From Octopus vulgaris (taxonomy: Eukaryota): DNA of 64,000 nucleotides. Positions 14,323 through 28,829 of the stretch are shown piece by piece. Under the pieces are notes generated by a model. That model was not told the origin of the DNA. It searched no databases and saw nothing but the letters and a program-made list of their open reading frames with translations. The stretch lies in the NCBI GenBank assembly GCA_951406725.2, contig OX597831.1, positions 36,890,001 through 36,954,000 on the forward strand, given 5' to 3'. The position numbers and the translations under genes are program-made. Each line of letters opens with the position of its first letter. Positions within the stretch are counted from its first letter, which is position 1.

Positions 14323-14728
14323 TGGCGAGCTGGCAGAAATGTTAGCATGCCGGGTGAAATGCTTAGTGGTATTTCGTCTACCGTTACATTCTGAGTTCAA
14401 ATTCCGCTGAGGTCGACTTTGCTTTTCCTCTTTTCGGGGTTGATAAATTAAGTCGATGCAATCGACTTAATCCCTTTGTCTGTCATTGTTTGTCCCCTCT
14501 ATGTTTGGCCCCTTGTGGGCAATAAATAAAGAAACGTTAGCATGCCAGTCGAAATGCTTAGTGGTATCTCGTCTGTCTTTACATTCTGAGTTCAAATTCT
14601 GCCAAGGTCGACTTTACCTTTCATCTTTTCGGGGTTGATAAATTAGGTACCAGTTGTATACTGGGGTCGGTCTAATCAACTGCCCCACTTCTCAAAAATT
14701 TCGGGCGTTGTGCCTTGAGTAAAAGAGA
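14323..14728 (+). mobile_element. tRNA-derived SINE family S2 (dimeric representative)
   Basis: GGCGAGCTGGCAGAA head, GAGTTCAAATTC B box, conserved GCCTTTCATCCTTTCGGGGTCGATAAATTAAGTACC block. Other copies at about 3030-3245-, 3885-4058-, 7250-7650+, 7822-8240-, 8265-8470+, 18340-18490-, 26755-26932-, 32033-32700+, 36638-36862+, 39986-40188+, 59850-60250+, 60995-61205+. Confidence 0.9.
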
Positions 14729-17017
14729 ATATAAAGGTCATCTAACCAGAAAATTCTGCTTCAAAAATTCCCATCCAATCCATACTACCATGGAAAAGAG
14801 GATATAGAAATGGGAAATGATAACAACAACAACAACACTGGAGATGATATATAAAAGCTAGAATTGTAAGGGTAATCTAGCAATGACTTAAGTTTTAGTT
14901 TGCAGGAAAGAAGATAAAATTTTACTGCCATGAAGCCAAGTGACCATGGCTGAGATGCAGAAAAGATAAAAGGAGAAATTTCATATAGGATATTTAATGA
15001 AAATTATGGATGCACAAGTGTTGTATTCAAATCCGAGGTAGGGTGATGAGTAAGGTAGAGTTGTAAGTGCCTGATGTGCATGGATAGTTAGCAGTAAATG
15101 TACATATAAAATAAATACCTTTAAATGCTTGGAAGGCTCTCTAGAAATAGTTTATAGCTTTTTCAGGTAGGAACAACATTTATTTCTTCTACACATAAAT
15201 ACATCAGTCTTTTACAAAGGAAACAAAGTATGGGATATAAATTTTGGAACGAGATTTATTCCAACAAGTTTCAAGTTAAGACAAATGCAGTATGAAGAAT
15301 TAATTGCAATCACCATAATTTATCGCTTTCAAACACATAGGGAACAAGTTTGTCTGACTATTTCAGAGATCAACTACATTTGGGAAATTTATGGAAGAAT
15401 CCTGTTACACGTGGAAGAGCAATTAGCCACTTTGTATTTAGACTAATTAGGTAATATGCAGTTGGTGTTAAATAATTACTTAAACCTTTTAAAACCAACC
15501 TACCTAAAACTGTCCTTGGGTTCTATGATAGAAACTTCCTGTTTAAAACTAATCTAAATTAAGCCCCTCCATCAAAATTCCATGTTGATTTATGTTCCAT
15601 ACACTAATTTTATAATGACAAACTGTTTACTAAACACCTTCATGCTTTTAGCATTGATGCAAACAATGGCAGTGTATCACAATAGAAATTTAGTAATGTA
15701 AATATTACACTAATAATAAAAATCAAATGGAAATTGTAGTTATGATATCTGTGCCGGTGGCACGTAAAAAGCACCATCTGAACGTGGCTGATGCCAGCGC
15801 TGCCTGACTGGCATCTGTGTCAGTGACATGCAAAAAACACCAACCAATCGTGGCCGTTTGCCAGCCTCCTCTGGCCCCTGTGCCAGTGGCACGTAAAAAG
15901 CACCCACTACACTCAAGGAGTGGTTGGCTTTAGGAAGGGCATCCAGCTGTAGAAACACTGCCAGATCAGACTGGAGCCTGGCATGGCCTCCTGGCTTCCC
16001 AGACCCTGGTTGAACTGTCGAACCCATGCTAGCATGGAAAACGGATGTTAAACGATGATGATGAGGAGGAGGAGGAATAAGAAGAAATAAATGTCTTGAA
16101 AGCATAGTTGCTGGGTAAGGATTGGAGGAAAAAAAATCAGAGTTATTAGCTCTTCTTTTTATGGTTGGATGTCCTTCTAGATACCAACAAATTTAAATGC
16201 TTCTTACATGTAAGGATATGCTTAATTATTCTAAAATGGTTTAGCTCTCAGAGAGAAAGGTAAGATTGTATGATGCTTGTTTATGCAATGCTGCCGGGTA
16301 GCTAGACATGGGTTTGAATGCTGAGGATTTGGGAGACTGGAAACAGATTAGATTAACCCTAACTCTAACACATGCTCTGCTGGTTGTGTAATATTTACAT
16401 GAATGAGAAGGCACAAATAGTCTGAAAGAAAAATTTGTTATATAAGAAATCAGATGTAATATACAAAAAGGAAGTACCTGCTGAATTAGTAAGGGTAAAA
16501 TATTAAAAAACCCTTCAGTCAAGAATGATCATGGAATTGCACCTAGAAAGTGTCCCCGAAGGCACAAGGTTTATGAAAGACCAGCAGTTGCCCATGCATA
16601 CCAGCCTCTTCTCTCCTTGCCACTGATGTCATCCAAAGAAAAGGAAAGCTTGGCATCAGTGACTCATTTCTATAGTGGAGTGAACTGGAACAATGTGAAA
16701 TAAAGTGTCTTGCTCAAGAACACAACATGAAGCCTGGTCGAGGAATTGAACTCACTACCTCATTATTGTGAGCCCGACATTCTAACCATGCACCTTTACT
16801 GCTGAAATAGACAAATAATGGATATGAAGTACGTTGCTGTATAAAGAAGTACCAAATATTAAGATGGAAACCAAATTGTGAAGACTGTTTCAAGATGCTG
16901 AACTAAAAGGAAGAAATGACAAAAGTGCTACAATCCAATCCATGCAAGAATAGAAAAATTGACATAAACATGGTTATGGGGTTGATGATGTAGGGATATG
17001 TGCGAGGCTGGGATATG

Positions 17018-17240
17018 TACGAGGGGGGGGGGGCTGGTAAGTTCCTGGCTTTGGGTGAAGGAAAATACAGGACGATCAGTTAATTGTGATTTTCAACATA
17101 TTTACTTTACAGATTCACACACTTATTGCAGCAGTCCTTCAGTCTTTCTGAGCCCTCTAAAAGAACTTGGAGGGTTGGCTCTGCAAATCAGGCCTTTTGG
17201 AATATCCTTAAAGCCAGATACATTTCAGCATTCCTTCGTG
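17018..17240. mobile_element. Tc1/mariner-type MITE
   Basis: TA-CGAGGGG...AAGTTCCTGGCTTT terminus with a degenerate inverted end; second copy at 41664-41883. Confidence 0.75.
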
Positions 17241-17535
17241 ATATCTATACCTGAATCTCACTTGACCATTATGTTCAAACCAAGTTTGCATTTTACCATT
17301 CTACTACTTGCTTCATTAACCTCTTTCACAGCGCCAGTCTTCAGTCATCATATATCTATCTTCTTTCTATAAATGCTGCTTGTAGAATAAGAGATGAGAA
17401 CTCACTGGTTCTGTATTCAAAATCCCTTTTCATCAGCCTTCTGTCTTGCTAAGTATTATTGGTCTCCCCATTAAGGCAATGAGGTGGCAGAATCATTGGC
17501 ACACCAGGTAAAATACTTAACAGTATTCTGTCCGG

Positions 17536-17910
17536 AGTAAAGATTATTTGCCAACATAACATAGCAGTCCTGGTTTAGGACAAATGCCGTCCAACCCATG
17601 TTAGCATGGAAAACGGACGTTAAACGATGATGATGATGATGATGATGATGATGTTGCTGTAATTTAGCCCCAGGAGACATCGTCTCCAGCTGGCTATATG
17701 ACATGATCTGTGTTCTTATATTTTCGAACAAGGGAATCTAGCACCCCCACTCAGCTCAAAACAATATCTGTGTATTGCGATTTCTGGGTTATTTCTCTTC
17801 ATCAGCACAGAATAATTGTTCAGCTAGAGGACTGCCATGTTATGTTGGCAAATAATCTTTACTTCAAAGTACTGTTGCTGAATATCTCTCGTTGTGAGAT
17901 TTACAAATAT
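17536..17910. mobile_element. Family B element with inverted arms and HHR at 17767-17811 (-), containing a nested RTE-type tail at 17587-17650
   Basis: Homologous to the 30172-31131 arms; inversion junction at about 17828. Confidence 0.7.
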
Positions 17911-18505
17911 TTTACAACATTATATACGCATATTAATATATATATATATGTCTGCATATGTATGTGGTTTGTGTATATCCATCTGTGTATTTTGATGTAC
18001 ATCTGTATATATGTACATATGAGCCACATGGAGCTTAGGTGTTTCACTCATAAACACACACATTGCCCAGTCTGAGATTTGAATCCACGATCCCTCGATC
18101 ATGAGTCCGCTGCTCTAACCACTAGGCCATGTACCTCCACAGAACTTCGTATAATCTGCACTAATTTATGAGCGGGAACATCAAATTCCTTCAGGTACCA
18201 GACTGATCTACCGGTGCTCTGTATCATTTGGTATCTGTGTTTCATTTAAATATTTAATGTTTGTTCAATTTAGAGTGTGTCGAATATGAGCGATAGAGAA
18301 GAAAATAACTGGGGTGGGGTAAAGAAGAGACAAATAATTTTTTCTACTGAAGGCACGAGGCCTGCATTTTGAGGGGAGGGGAGTAGTCAATTACATCGAC
18401 CCCAGTATTTCACTGGTACTTAATTTATCAATCCCGAAAGGATGAACGGCAAAGTCGACCTTGGTGGAATTTGAACTCAGAGCACGAAGATAGAAAATTA
18501 CTATA

Positions 18506-18541
<36 letters not shown>

Positions 18542-18781
18542 CGTGAACGACCAGGCTATCAGATGTTGCTACATCGCTGGTCACAATGCGCTTCACATTA
18601 TTTTAGCCTTCAAATGATGCTACCCCGCTGGCTAAGCGAAGGGATCACCACCTGCCAGCGCCTTGTGGAGCTTTTATGTGTTTTCGCTCAATAAACACTC
18701 ACAACACCCGGTCTGGGAATCGAAACCGCGATCCTACGACCGCAAGTCTGCTGCCCTAACCACTGGGCCATTGCGCCTCCA

Positions 18782-18894
<113 letters not shown>

Positions 18895-20101
18895 ATATAT
18901 ATATATATATATATTTACATTATATGTATATGTTATATATGTGTGTGTGTGTGTATGTTTATATGTATAGAAATATATGGGCATGCATACAAATACACGC
19001 ACACACATATACAAAAAACGCCCCCTCCCACAAACAAGGATTATAAATTTAAGTGCATATAAACTCAAGGGAAAAATAACATGAAAGATTGTCCTATGCC
19101 TGATATTTGTTTGAGATATTCACAATAAGATACTTTGAGGCGAGTAAATCTTCTGTCATCTCTTCGATAAAGCTCAATATATTCTCATGTCTGTTTGCCT
19201 TATCACTTCATTCTTGGCTTATCTATTCTTTAGGTATTTTTCCATCGCCCTAACTTTTCACCCATCTTAAATTACAATTTTCTTCAAACACATACATCAC
19301 TCTTTAAAGACATCAACCTAAACCTTTATCATCTTAATTCCCTTGCACACAAACACCCTGATCAGTTAGTGCTGCATATCCAATATATATATTACGATAA
19401 CCTTATTTATCTGTTTCTGCTGAAGAGTTTTTACTTCTGCTGCCAAATAAAAATCAGATTTTTTTAACCTTTGTGTGTCCATATTTTTTGTGAAGAGAAA
19501 TTTTAAAAAATTTACATCTATACTCTTTTAATCTATTACTTATTTCAGTCATTTGACTGTAGCCATGCTGGAGCACTGCCATTAGTCGAGCAAATCGACC
19601 CCAGGACTTATTCTTTGTAAGCCTAGTAATTATTCTACGGTCTCTATTGCCGAACCACTAATGTTACAGAGAAGTAAACACACCAACATTGGTTGTCAAG
19701 CGATGTTGGGGGATCAAACACAGACACACAAACACGCATACATATATATATATATATATGCGTGTTTGTGTGTCTGTGTTTGATCCCCCAACATCGCTTG
19801 ACAACCAATGTTGGTGTGTTTACGTCCCTGTAACTTATATATATACATATATACGACAGGCCACATTCAGTTTCCGTCTACCAAATCCACTCAAAAGGCT
19901 TTGGTCAGCCCGAGGCTATAGTAGAAGACACTTGCCCAAGGTGCCATGCAGTGGGACTGAACCCAGAACCATGTGGTTGGTAAGCAAGCTACTTACCCAC
20001 AGCCACTCCTACACCCCATGTTAAGGAAAATAAAGGAAAATTTTTGTAAAACATTAAAAAATCTAACATTGTTATTATGAAATTGGTGTGCAGAATCTAA
20101 C

Positions 20102-20329
20102 ATAACCCTTCAGTATTCAACCCAGCCATATCTGGCCAAACTGTTCTACTTGTTTTATGTTCAAACTAGCTAGATAGGGCCTTTCACACCTACCCTACAA
20201 TGTCATAGTAAAAATAAAAGTTCACATCATCAAAATCTCAAAGCTACAAGATAATGTATAATTTATTCAAATCAAAGTGAATAAATAAGTATTATATTTG
20301 ATAGAAAAATCTGAATGCTAAAGGGTTAA
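20102..20329. mobile_element. piggyBac-like MITE, second family (degenerate copy at ~33975-34205)
   Basis: ATAA-CCCTTCAGTATTCA...TGAATGCTAAAGGG-TTAA. Confidence 0.7.
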
Positions 20330-20355
20330 AGCATTTTGAAAATGTACCTTCACAA

Positions 20356-20384
<29 letters not shown>

Positions 20385-20454
<70 letters not shown>

Positions 20455-20582
20455 CATTGAAAAATACCTTAGGAATGAAAACCCAGGTTCGAAATTTCCC
20501 CAAGACACCTGATGAAGGCTGGAGGGTATATCAGCTGAAACGTTGTGTTAACAACAAACAAGATGAGGACAAATATACGTCA
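20385..20582 (+). mobile_element. Family A tail after (TAC)n(TAA)n, head missing
   Basis: Tail matches 52577 onward. Confidence 0.75.
20504..20549 (+). ncRNA. Minimal type I hammerhead ribozyme (family A, best-preserved copy)
   Basis: GACAC-CTGATGA-A-GGCTG(gagggtatat)CAGCT-GAAA-CG-TT-GTGTT: stem I, core, stem II and palindromic AACGTT stem III. Confidence 0.75.
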
Positions 20583-21366
20583 GGTGCAGGGGTGGGTGTG
20601 TAGTTAAGAAGCTCAATTTGCAAGTACGTGATTTTGGGTTCAATCTCATTGCACAGCATCTCAAAGAAGTGCCTTCATCTATGGTTCCAGTGAATAATTA
20701 CCAAACTAAATATCAGTTCACACTAAAATACAAAGGAGAAAAAAGAAACTGATCAGCAAAGCTGCATGACATATGGCAAAGGGTACCCAAGTGCCATCCC
20801 CCGTAAGGTACAAGCTCTGTAGAAGGGGTGGTTGGTTAGCAAAATACCATGGGAGAGTGAATAAGTTGTGAGGATGCAGAGTGACAAAATGGGTAGGACC
20901 GGAGAGTGGGTTTATATATGTATATATACATACATACATATGTATATATGTATATGAATACGTACATGCATACATATGTATATATGTATATGAATACGTA
21001 CATATGTATATATGTGTGTATATATATGCATATATGTGTACATATTTTTCCTTTTCTGGCACTCAGCTGGTTATGATGACAAGGGTTCCAGTTGATCCAA
21101 TCAACAGAACAGCCTGTTTGTGAAATAAACATGCAAGTGGCTGAGTACTCCACAGACACATGTATCCTTAATGTAGTTCTTAGGGAAATTCAGAGAGACA
21201 CAGAGCGTGATAAGGCTGGCCCTTTGAAATACTGGTATAACTCATTTTTGCCAGATGAGTGAACTGTAGCAACATGAAATAAAGTGTCTTGCTCAAGGAC
21301 ACAACACATTGCCAGGAACTGAACTCACGACCATAAGGTTGTGAGCCAAATACCCTAACCACTAAG

Positions 21367-21501
21367 CCATGCACCTTCACACCACGTACCTTCACACCAC
21401 GTACCTTCACACCATACACCTTCACACCACATGCCTTCACACTATGCATTTTCATACCACGTGCCTTCACACCACATGCCTTCACACCACACGCCTTCAC
21501 A
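21367..21501 (+). repeat. 15-bp tandem repeat x9 (CCACGTGCCTTCACA-like)
   Basis: Direct reading; the unit equals the 5'-terminal 15 nt of the adjacent minus-strand S4 SINE. Confidence 0.85.
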
Positions 21502-22099
21502 CATATGCACAAACACAACACATGCACATATCTATTGTTTTTGTATTTGTTACTATCCATAATTTTCCATCCCACTTGTACATTGTCCTTCCTTTTTAGG
21601 CCTTGTTTGTCCATCATCTCAAGTAATATTCCAGGCATCACTGCTACAACTAGACAAATAGTACTCTGGTATTCAATTTACAGACTTTAAACATGCTGAA
21701 ACTGCTTCTAGTCTAGTTTCCATAGCTGAGGAGAGGATTTCCATGTTCATTTGTCCATTGTCATTTTTCTGTCAATTATTTCCATATCTCATTTTGATTT
21801 TTGCATACATATGTATATATCTATTATGCATGCATGTATCTATGTGTTTCTTGATATAAACAAAGTCATTAATAGATAAATTCATATATTATATACAAAT
21901 TTTTCTGTGTTGTATTACATGAAAAAACTGCTTAATATTTGTTTCTATTTTCCTTTCGTATTTTATCTGTAAAATGTTTGAATATCATAAACTTCTAGAG
22001 TATTGTCCAATTAGGGAAATGATGGAAAATATAATTCTCAAATTATTCTTTATGTAAAAATATAAATAACCAGCTTGTTCTAAAATCCTCTGATGCTAG

Positions 22100-22640
22100 A
22101 GATGGAGAGAGAAAGAGAAAGAGAAAGGGGTTGGTTAGTGATTGAGTGAGAGAGAGACAAAGATAGGCAAACAGAAAGATGAAGGCGAGAGGGAGAGAGA
22201 TAAAGAAGGAAGAGATAGAGAGTGAGTGAGAGAGAGAGAGAGAGATAAGGAGAGAAAGTGAGAGAAAGGGAGAGAGAAAAAGAGGGAGAGAGACTGGGAC
22301 AAACAATCAGAAAGAAGACAGAGAGTAGGGAGAGGGGAATGGGAGAAAGAGATAGACAGATGGATAGATACAGAGGGAGAGAGAGAAAGAAAGAAAGAAA
22401 GAAGGAAAGAAAGAAAGGAAGGAATAGGGGGAGAGAGGTTATTTGGAAACAAAAGCAAAAACTGAAAAAAAAGCCTACACAAATGAATAGACATGAAAAT
22501 AGGAATTGAAGATAAAACAGAAAAAGAGAGCAAGACAAGAAAGAGAGAAAGAGCTAAAAAGATAGAGAGAGAGAGACAGAGAGGGAGGGAGATGAAGGCA
22601 GGCAGACAGTCAGACAAACAGACAAATAGAAAAGGAGGAC
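22100..22640 (+). repeat. Degenerate (GA)n polypurine region (similar CT tracts at 13495-13810 and 23090-23275)
   Basis: Direct reading. Confidence 0.9.
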
Positions 22641-23128
22641 ATGGAAAAAAAATATAGAAAAATGTAAATAAAAATAATGCGTAAAATAGAATATAAATAA
22701 AATAAAAGTAAATCTAGAATCAATGAGAAAACAGACCTTGTTCATTCAATACTGAAATTAGAAACTAGATAAAAAGATGCCATCAAGATTTCCGATTGAT
22801 GTAAATGGTCAAACTGCCATGATTCTCACCAAGGGAGATAACCATGCAGAGCTATTTCCATAGAACTGTCATTGATAGGTTTGTAATATCAACAAGAAAC
22901 TTTGTCTTCAACTGACAGCTGATAGCTTCTTATGTTATTTTTGAAACCCCCTTATTTTTCCTGCTTTGTTTTTGTGTGTTTCGTATTATTTGCTGTATTA
23001 TTCTTATCCCTTTCTTTTTATTCTTTATTTTTGGAATTTTTTTCTCAATAAAGTAAAAGAAATAAAAAAATTTAGTTTTACATCATTTCTTCTCTCTCTT
23101 TTACTTTCTCTGTTTGCCTGTCTCTCTG

Positions 23129-23171
<43 letters not shown>

Positions 23172-23212
23172 CTATCTCTCTCTCTCTCTCCATTTCTCTC
23201 TCTCTCTCCATT

Positions 23213-23247
<35 letters not shown>

Positions 23248-23593
23248 AATTCTATCTCTCTCCCTCTCTCTCTCAACATGAATTAAGCTCTTATTTTAGT
23301 TTTGATTCACAATTCTGTGATTTGTGTTGTTGCTGCTATTGTTGTCATTGTTGTTGTTTTTGCAGTTCCTGTTGTTGTAGACAGTGGTGATAGTGATAGT
23401 ATGAAGTTTTATTTTCCTGATTTTTTTCACAATGTATTATTTCTCTAGTGTATATTTATTTATATGTATTAAAATTTGTTTTTACATATTTCATTACCTC
23501 AGAAGAATGATCAAAAACACAAGAGAGAGACAGAGACAGAGACGGCGTATAAGAGAGAGTATATATATACATATATATATGTATGTATGTATG

Positions 23594-23627
<34 letters not shown>

Positions 23628-23741
23628 TGTATATATGTATATACACATATATACATACACACACACACATATATATATATATACACACATATATACACAC
23701 ACATACATACATACATACATACATACACATACATATACATA

Positions 23742-23805
<64 letters not shown>

Positions 23806-24318
23806 AGTAATCAGGGATGTGAGGGTTTATCTGTATATAGTTTTGTATATATATATATATATACAATAAATAGATGGTGACAGTGAGTGAAACAGAGAGA
23901 GAATGAGAGAAAATGTTTTCTTGATGTATGCACATATGTATATATATATATATATATATATACATACATATGCATACATATATATATAATTATATGTATG
24001 CATGTATGTTTATTGGCATAAACGTGGAGGTAGGTCCGTGCATGTAGCTATGCTTGTGCAAAAGAAAAAAAAATGGTGAGAGAGAACAACATTAAGGTAA
24101 AAATCTACAAAATAAGTTAATAGCACAATAAAACAAAAGGAAGAATGTATCTGGCTGAGGTTTATCACAACATCGTCAACATCATCATCAACATCGTCAT
24201 CCCCATCACTGTAGCAGCATCAAAATTTGTGTGTGTGTGTGTGTGTATGTGTTTGTATATATATATATATATACACATACATATATATACATATATTTAT
24301 ACATATATATATATGCAA

Positions 24319-24350
<32 letters not shown>

Positions 24351-24388
24351 ACATATATATATATACATATATATACATATATATATAC

Positions 24389-24431
<43 letters not shown>

Positions 24432-24500
24432 CATACATATATATACATATATATATACATATATATACATCTATACATATATATATATATATATAAATAG

Positions 24501-24553
<53 letters not shown>

Positions 24554-25164
24554 ATATCTTGTAGCATTGGATGGTTGTGATTAATTTATGCATCCTACAA
24601 CAGTAGTTCATGAATATTTAATCATATGGTTTTAGTGCCACCCACCATTATAACAAACAAGGAAACAAGGGTCTCTGCATGTATACAAATACACACAGGT
24701 ACACATACACATGCATATATATATATATATATACAGAGAGAAGGAGATATATATATAAAAATACATATATACATATGTATATGTGTGTGTGCATGTGTAT
24801 GTGTGTTGATGTGTATGTATATTTTTTATATACTCTCTCACGCACACACACATACACAAACGTAATTACTTACACACATATATGCACACACACACACACA
24901 TACACAAACGTAATCACATACACACGTATATGCACACACACATATGTATACATAATGTGTGGTGTGTGTTTGTGTGTGTGTGTGTTTGAGTGTATGTGTG
25001 CACGCATGTGTGTGTATAACAGCAGTTTCTTTGTTTACAAGCTTAATAATTGGAATGTGGTACTCATGAAATTTAGCAGAACCATATTTATTGTTATGCT
25101 TATATTTCTCATTGATTGAGAGAGGGGGTAGGGAGAAAGGGAGAGAGAAAGGGAGAGAGAAAGG

Positions 25165-25204
<40 letters not shown>

Positions 25205-25437
25205 GAGAGAGAGAAGGATAGAGATGTTGATACTTTTTCTTTAAAATATTTGTTTATTTTAGTAAGGTTGTGGATTCACAGAATTGCTGATACACTGGAC
25301 ACATTGCTTTCTAGAGATTTGTTCCAGCTTCCTTCATTCTGAGCTCTAATCCTATCGAGGTCAACAATGTTTTTTAACCATTTTGAATCAACAAAATAAA
25401 CTAATTAGATTATGGTGGAATTACCGAAGCCAATTAA

Positions 25438-25897
25438 TACTTTCTTTTATAACTCTTATAATTTTATCTCAAATCTTTACTCCACAATTTTTCATCTGAG
25501 GACCCCTAAGTTCATATTTACTTCAGTGGACCCTCATAGACGTTTAATATTTTATAGAATTCCTATTATATTTTTAGCATTAAATATTGTGATAAGACGC
25601 TTGCTTCCCAGTCACATGGTCCTGGGTTCAGTCTCACTGTGTGGCACCTTGGACAAGTGTTTTCTACTTTCTTTTATGACTCTTATAATTTTATCTCAAA
25701 TCTTTACTCCACAATTTTTCATCTCTGGACCCCTAAATTCATATTTACTTCAGTGGACCCTCATAGACGTTCAATATTTTATAGAAATCCTATTATATTT
25801 TTAGCATTAAATATTGTGATAAGAAGCTTGCTTCCCAATCACATGGTCCTGGGTTCAGTCTCACTGTGTGGCACCTTGGGCAAGTGTCTTCTACTTT
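25438..25897 (+). repeat. ~228-bp tandem duplication including a SINE head
   Basis: 25438-25664 is repeated from 25665. Confidence 0.9.
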
Positions 25898-28321
25898 AGC
25901 CCTGGGCTAACCAAAGCCTTTCAAGTGGATTTGGTAGACGGAATGTGAACAAAGCACATCATATACATCTATATACGTGTGTGTGTGTTTGTGTTTTTGT
26001 GTCCGTGTCTATCTCTCCCCCCCATCACAGCTTGACAACTAGTGCTGGTGTGTTTATGTCCTCATAACTTAGCGCTTCAGCAAAAGAGACTGATAGACTA
26101 AGTACCAGGTTTTAAATAATAAAGACTTGGGTCAATCCATTCAACTAAAATTTCAAGGCAGTGCCCCAGTATGGCCACAGTCAAATGACAGAATAAATAT
26201 AAAAGACAAAAGGTGAAAGATATTTTGTTTATTGTAAAAGTAAAAACAATCAGTTTTCCAGTTTTAGTCATCTGAGTGCAGCCATGCTGGAGCACCACCT
26301 TTAATCGAACAAATCAACCCCAGGAATTATTCTTTGTAAGCTTAGTACTTATTTTATTGGTGTCTTTTGCCAAACCCCTAAGTTATGGGAATATAACACA
26401 GATACACAAATGCATACATACATACATACTTACATATATATATATATATATAGAATGGGCTTCTCTCGATCTCCGTCTACCAAATGCACTCACAAGACTT
26501 TGATCAGCCCAAAGCTATAGTAGAAGACAATTGACCAAGGTGCCACGCAGTGTGACTGAACCTGGAACAATGTGGTTGGTAAACCAGCTACTTACCATTT
26601 ACGCATTTTTGCCAGCCGAGTTGACTGGAGCAACGTGAAATGAAGTGTTTTTGCTAAAAAAACACAATGCATTGCCCGGTCCAGGAATCGAAACCACAAT
26701 CTTATGATCATGAGTCTACCACCCTAACCACAAAGCCACGCACTTCCTCAAAGAGGTAAGTCGATTACTTCGACTCCAGTGCTCTACTGGTACTTATTTT
26801 ATTGACCCCAAAAGGATGAAATGCAAAGTCAGGTCCAGCAGTATTTGAACTAAAAACATAAAATGGTAAGGAAGGATACTGAGCATTTTTTTCCTGCCCC
26901 ACCTGCAACATTCTGCAAGCTCTTACCACCTTAAATGGTGGAAATATTGAAGTGGTGGAGAAAATGACCCCTCAATATTAATTCTGCTTTTGACACACTT
27001 TTATCAAAGGCAGAAATCCGTCTAGCAGGCTTCTATATAGTTTCCATTGACCAAATTTCACATTCAATGTTTAGGTCAACTTGAGGTTATAAAAAATATT
27101 TATCCAAGAGTTCAAGATGCCACACACTTGGAGTGAACCCGAGACCATGTGTTTGTTAACCAAAGTGGTTTTTTTAACCACTTGGCCACACTGTGTCTGT
27201 GCACACACACATATGCATACATATATATGCACACATATATACATAAACATATTCACATATATACTTATGGTTATATACATATATATATAGATATATTATA
27301 TATATATATATGTACACACATATATATACATACCTATATTTATATATATATACATATGTATCCATACATATTATATATATACATATATACATACATATAT
27401 CTTTATAAATACATGTATATCCATACATATATTTATATATATATATACATACATATATATATGTATGTGTTTGTGTGTGTTTGTTTGTGCATGTGTGTGT
27501 GTGTGTTTGTTTGGGCATGTGTGTGTGTGTTTGTGCGTGTGTGTGTTTTCAGACATTCACACACACATATCATAAATTGATATATGATGTAACAATGAAG
27601 TCAAACTGATATACTTGACTCGAGTCAAAAATTTCTGGCACTCTGCAGGATTTTAAACAAAACAAAAAATATATGTGTGTGTGTGTGCACGTGTGCATGT
27701 GTGTATGCGTGTGTGTCCGTGTCCACCTATACAGGATTCATAAATAATCAACATATATCAACGGACAGTACACCGCTGATTACTTAAACAGAATCACACA
27801 GAGCAGACAGTGACGTAATACATAATCAGTTTGAAACCAATGATGAAGACCAGTCAAAGTTGTTGGTTAATTCACTATTCCAGTTGTTTACCTGTAATTT
27901 GATGAATAACAGAAACCTTGGTGTGGCATCAAATAATAATACTAAGAAACGAATGAATTTGTTTTAAAATTATGTAACAATTGTTTCACTGAGAAATTTT
28001 ATTTGTTCTAAGCGTAATCCAGTATTATGGATTATGTCAAACATTATGTAATTCTCACGCACGTGCAATGGGTTTCTTTCAGTTTTCGCCAGTGAAATGC
28101 ACTCAAAAGGCTTTGGTTGGCACAGGGCCATAGCAGAAGATACTCCTCCACAATGCCCCACACACTGGGAGTGAACCTGAATCATGTAATTGGGAAGGAA
28201 ACATCTTACCACACAGCCACACCTTCGTAACATAGTCCCTGATGTACACCATGCCTAAAAAGCAAATTGAGTTAATTTGATTACAGATAGCATACCTATT
28301 AACATACCCTAACCTGGGAGT

Positions 28322-28756
28322 CAGCACTGGATTAACCATTAATCAAAAAAAGGTGCACGTGATTAGGTCATCAAAGGAAGTCGGGGCACCACAGAAATGG
28401 TAAATTGCTTACAGCACAAAAGAAATCACTTTAAACTTGCTAAAATAATAATCGAGGTGGTGCATTTGATTGGACATATAATTTCAAAGTGTTCATGGCA
28501 TCATAGTGAGGATTTGATCGAAGATTTTACAATTAGAAAAAAGTAGGAGAAAAATTTTGAAATATAAAATGGAAGCATAAAAAGATAAAGAAAATATTTT
28601 CTCCCATCCTACTCTTAGTTTTGTTTCATTTTGAAAAACAACAAAAATAAATATCATTTTATGGTTTATTATTGTTTAAATTTTGAATTACATATATATG
28701 GTGATACCAAATACTTTTAAGTGTTTTGGGCCACGATGGGCCTTAATCCAGCCTTG
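28322..28756. mobile_element. hAT-type MITE
   Basis: TIRs CAGCACTGGATTAA / TTAATCCAGCCTTG and a perfect 8-bp TSD CTGGGAGT (28314-28321, 28757-28764). Confidence 0.85.
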
Positions 28757-28829
28757 CTGGGAGTTAGAGTATGATAGGCTAACCTGGGGCTGGATCAAAG
28801 TACAACGATAAGTTAGCTTCTCAAGTCAT

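Noticed and set aside
21367-21501. CRISPR-like appearance of short regular repeats (also 37338-37510 and 38400-38595)
   Set aside because: Head-to-tail tandem units without unique spacers, no cas genes, animal context.
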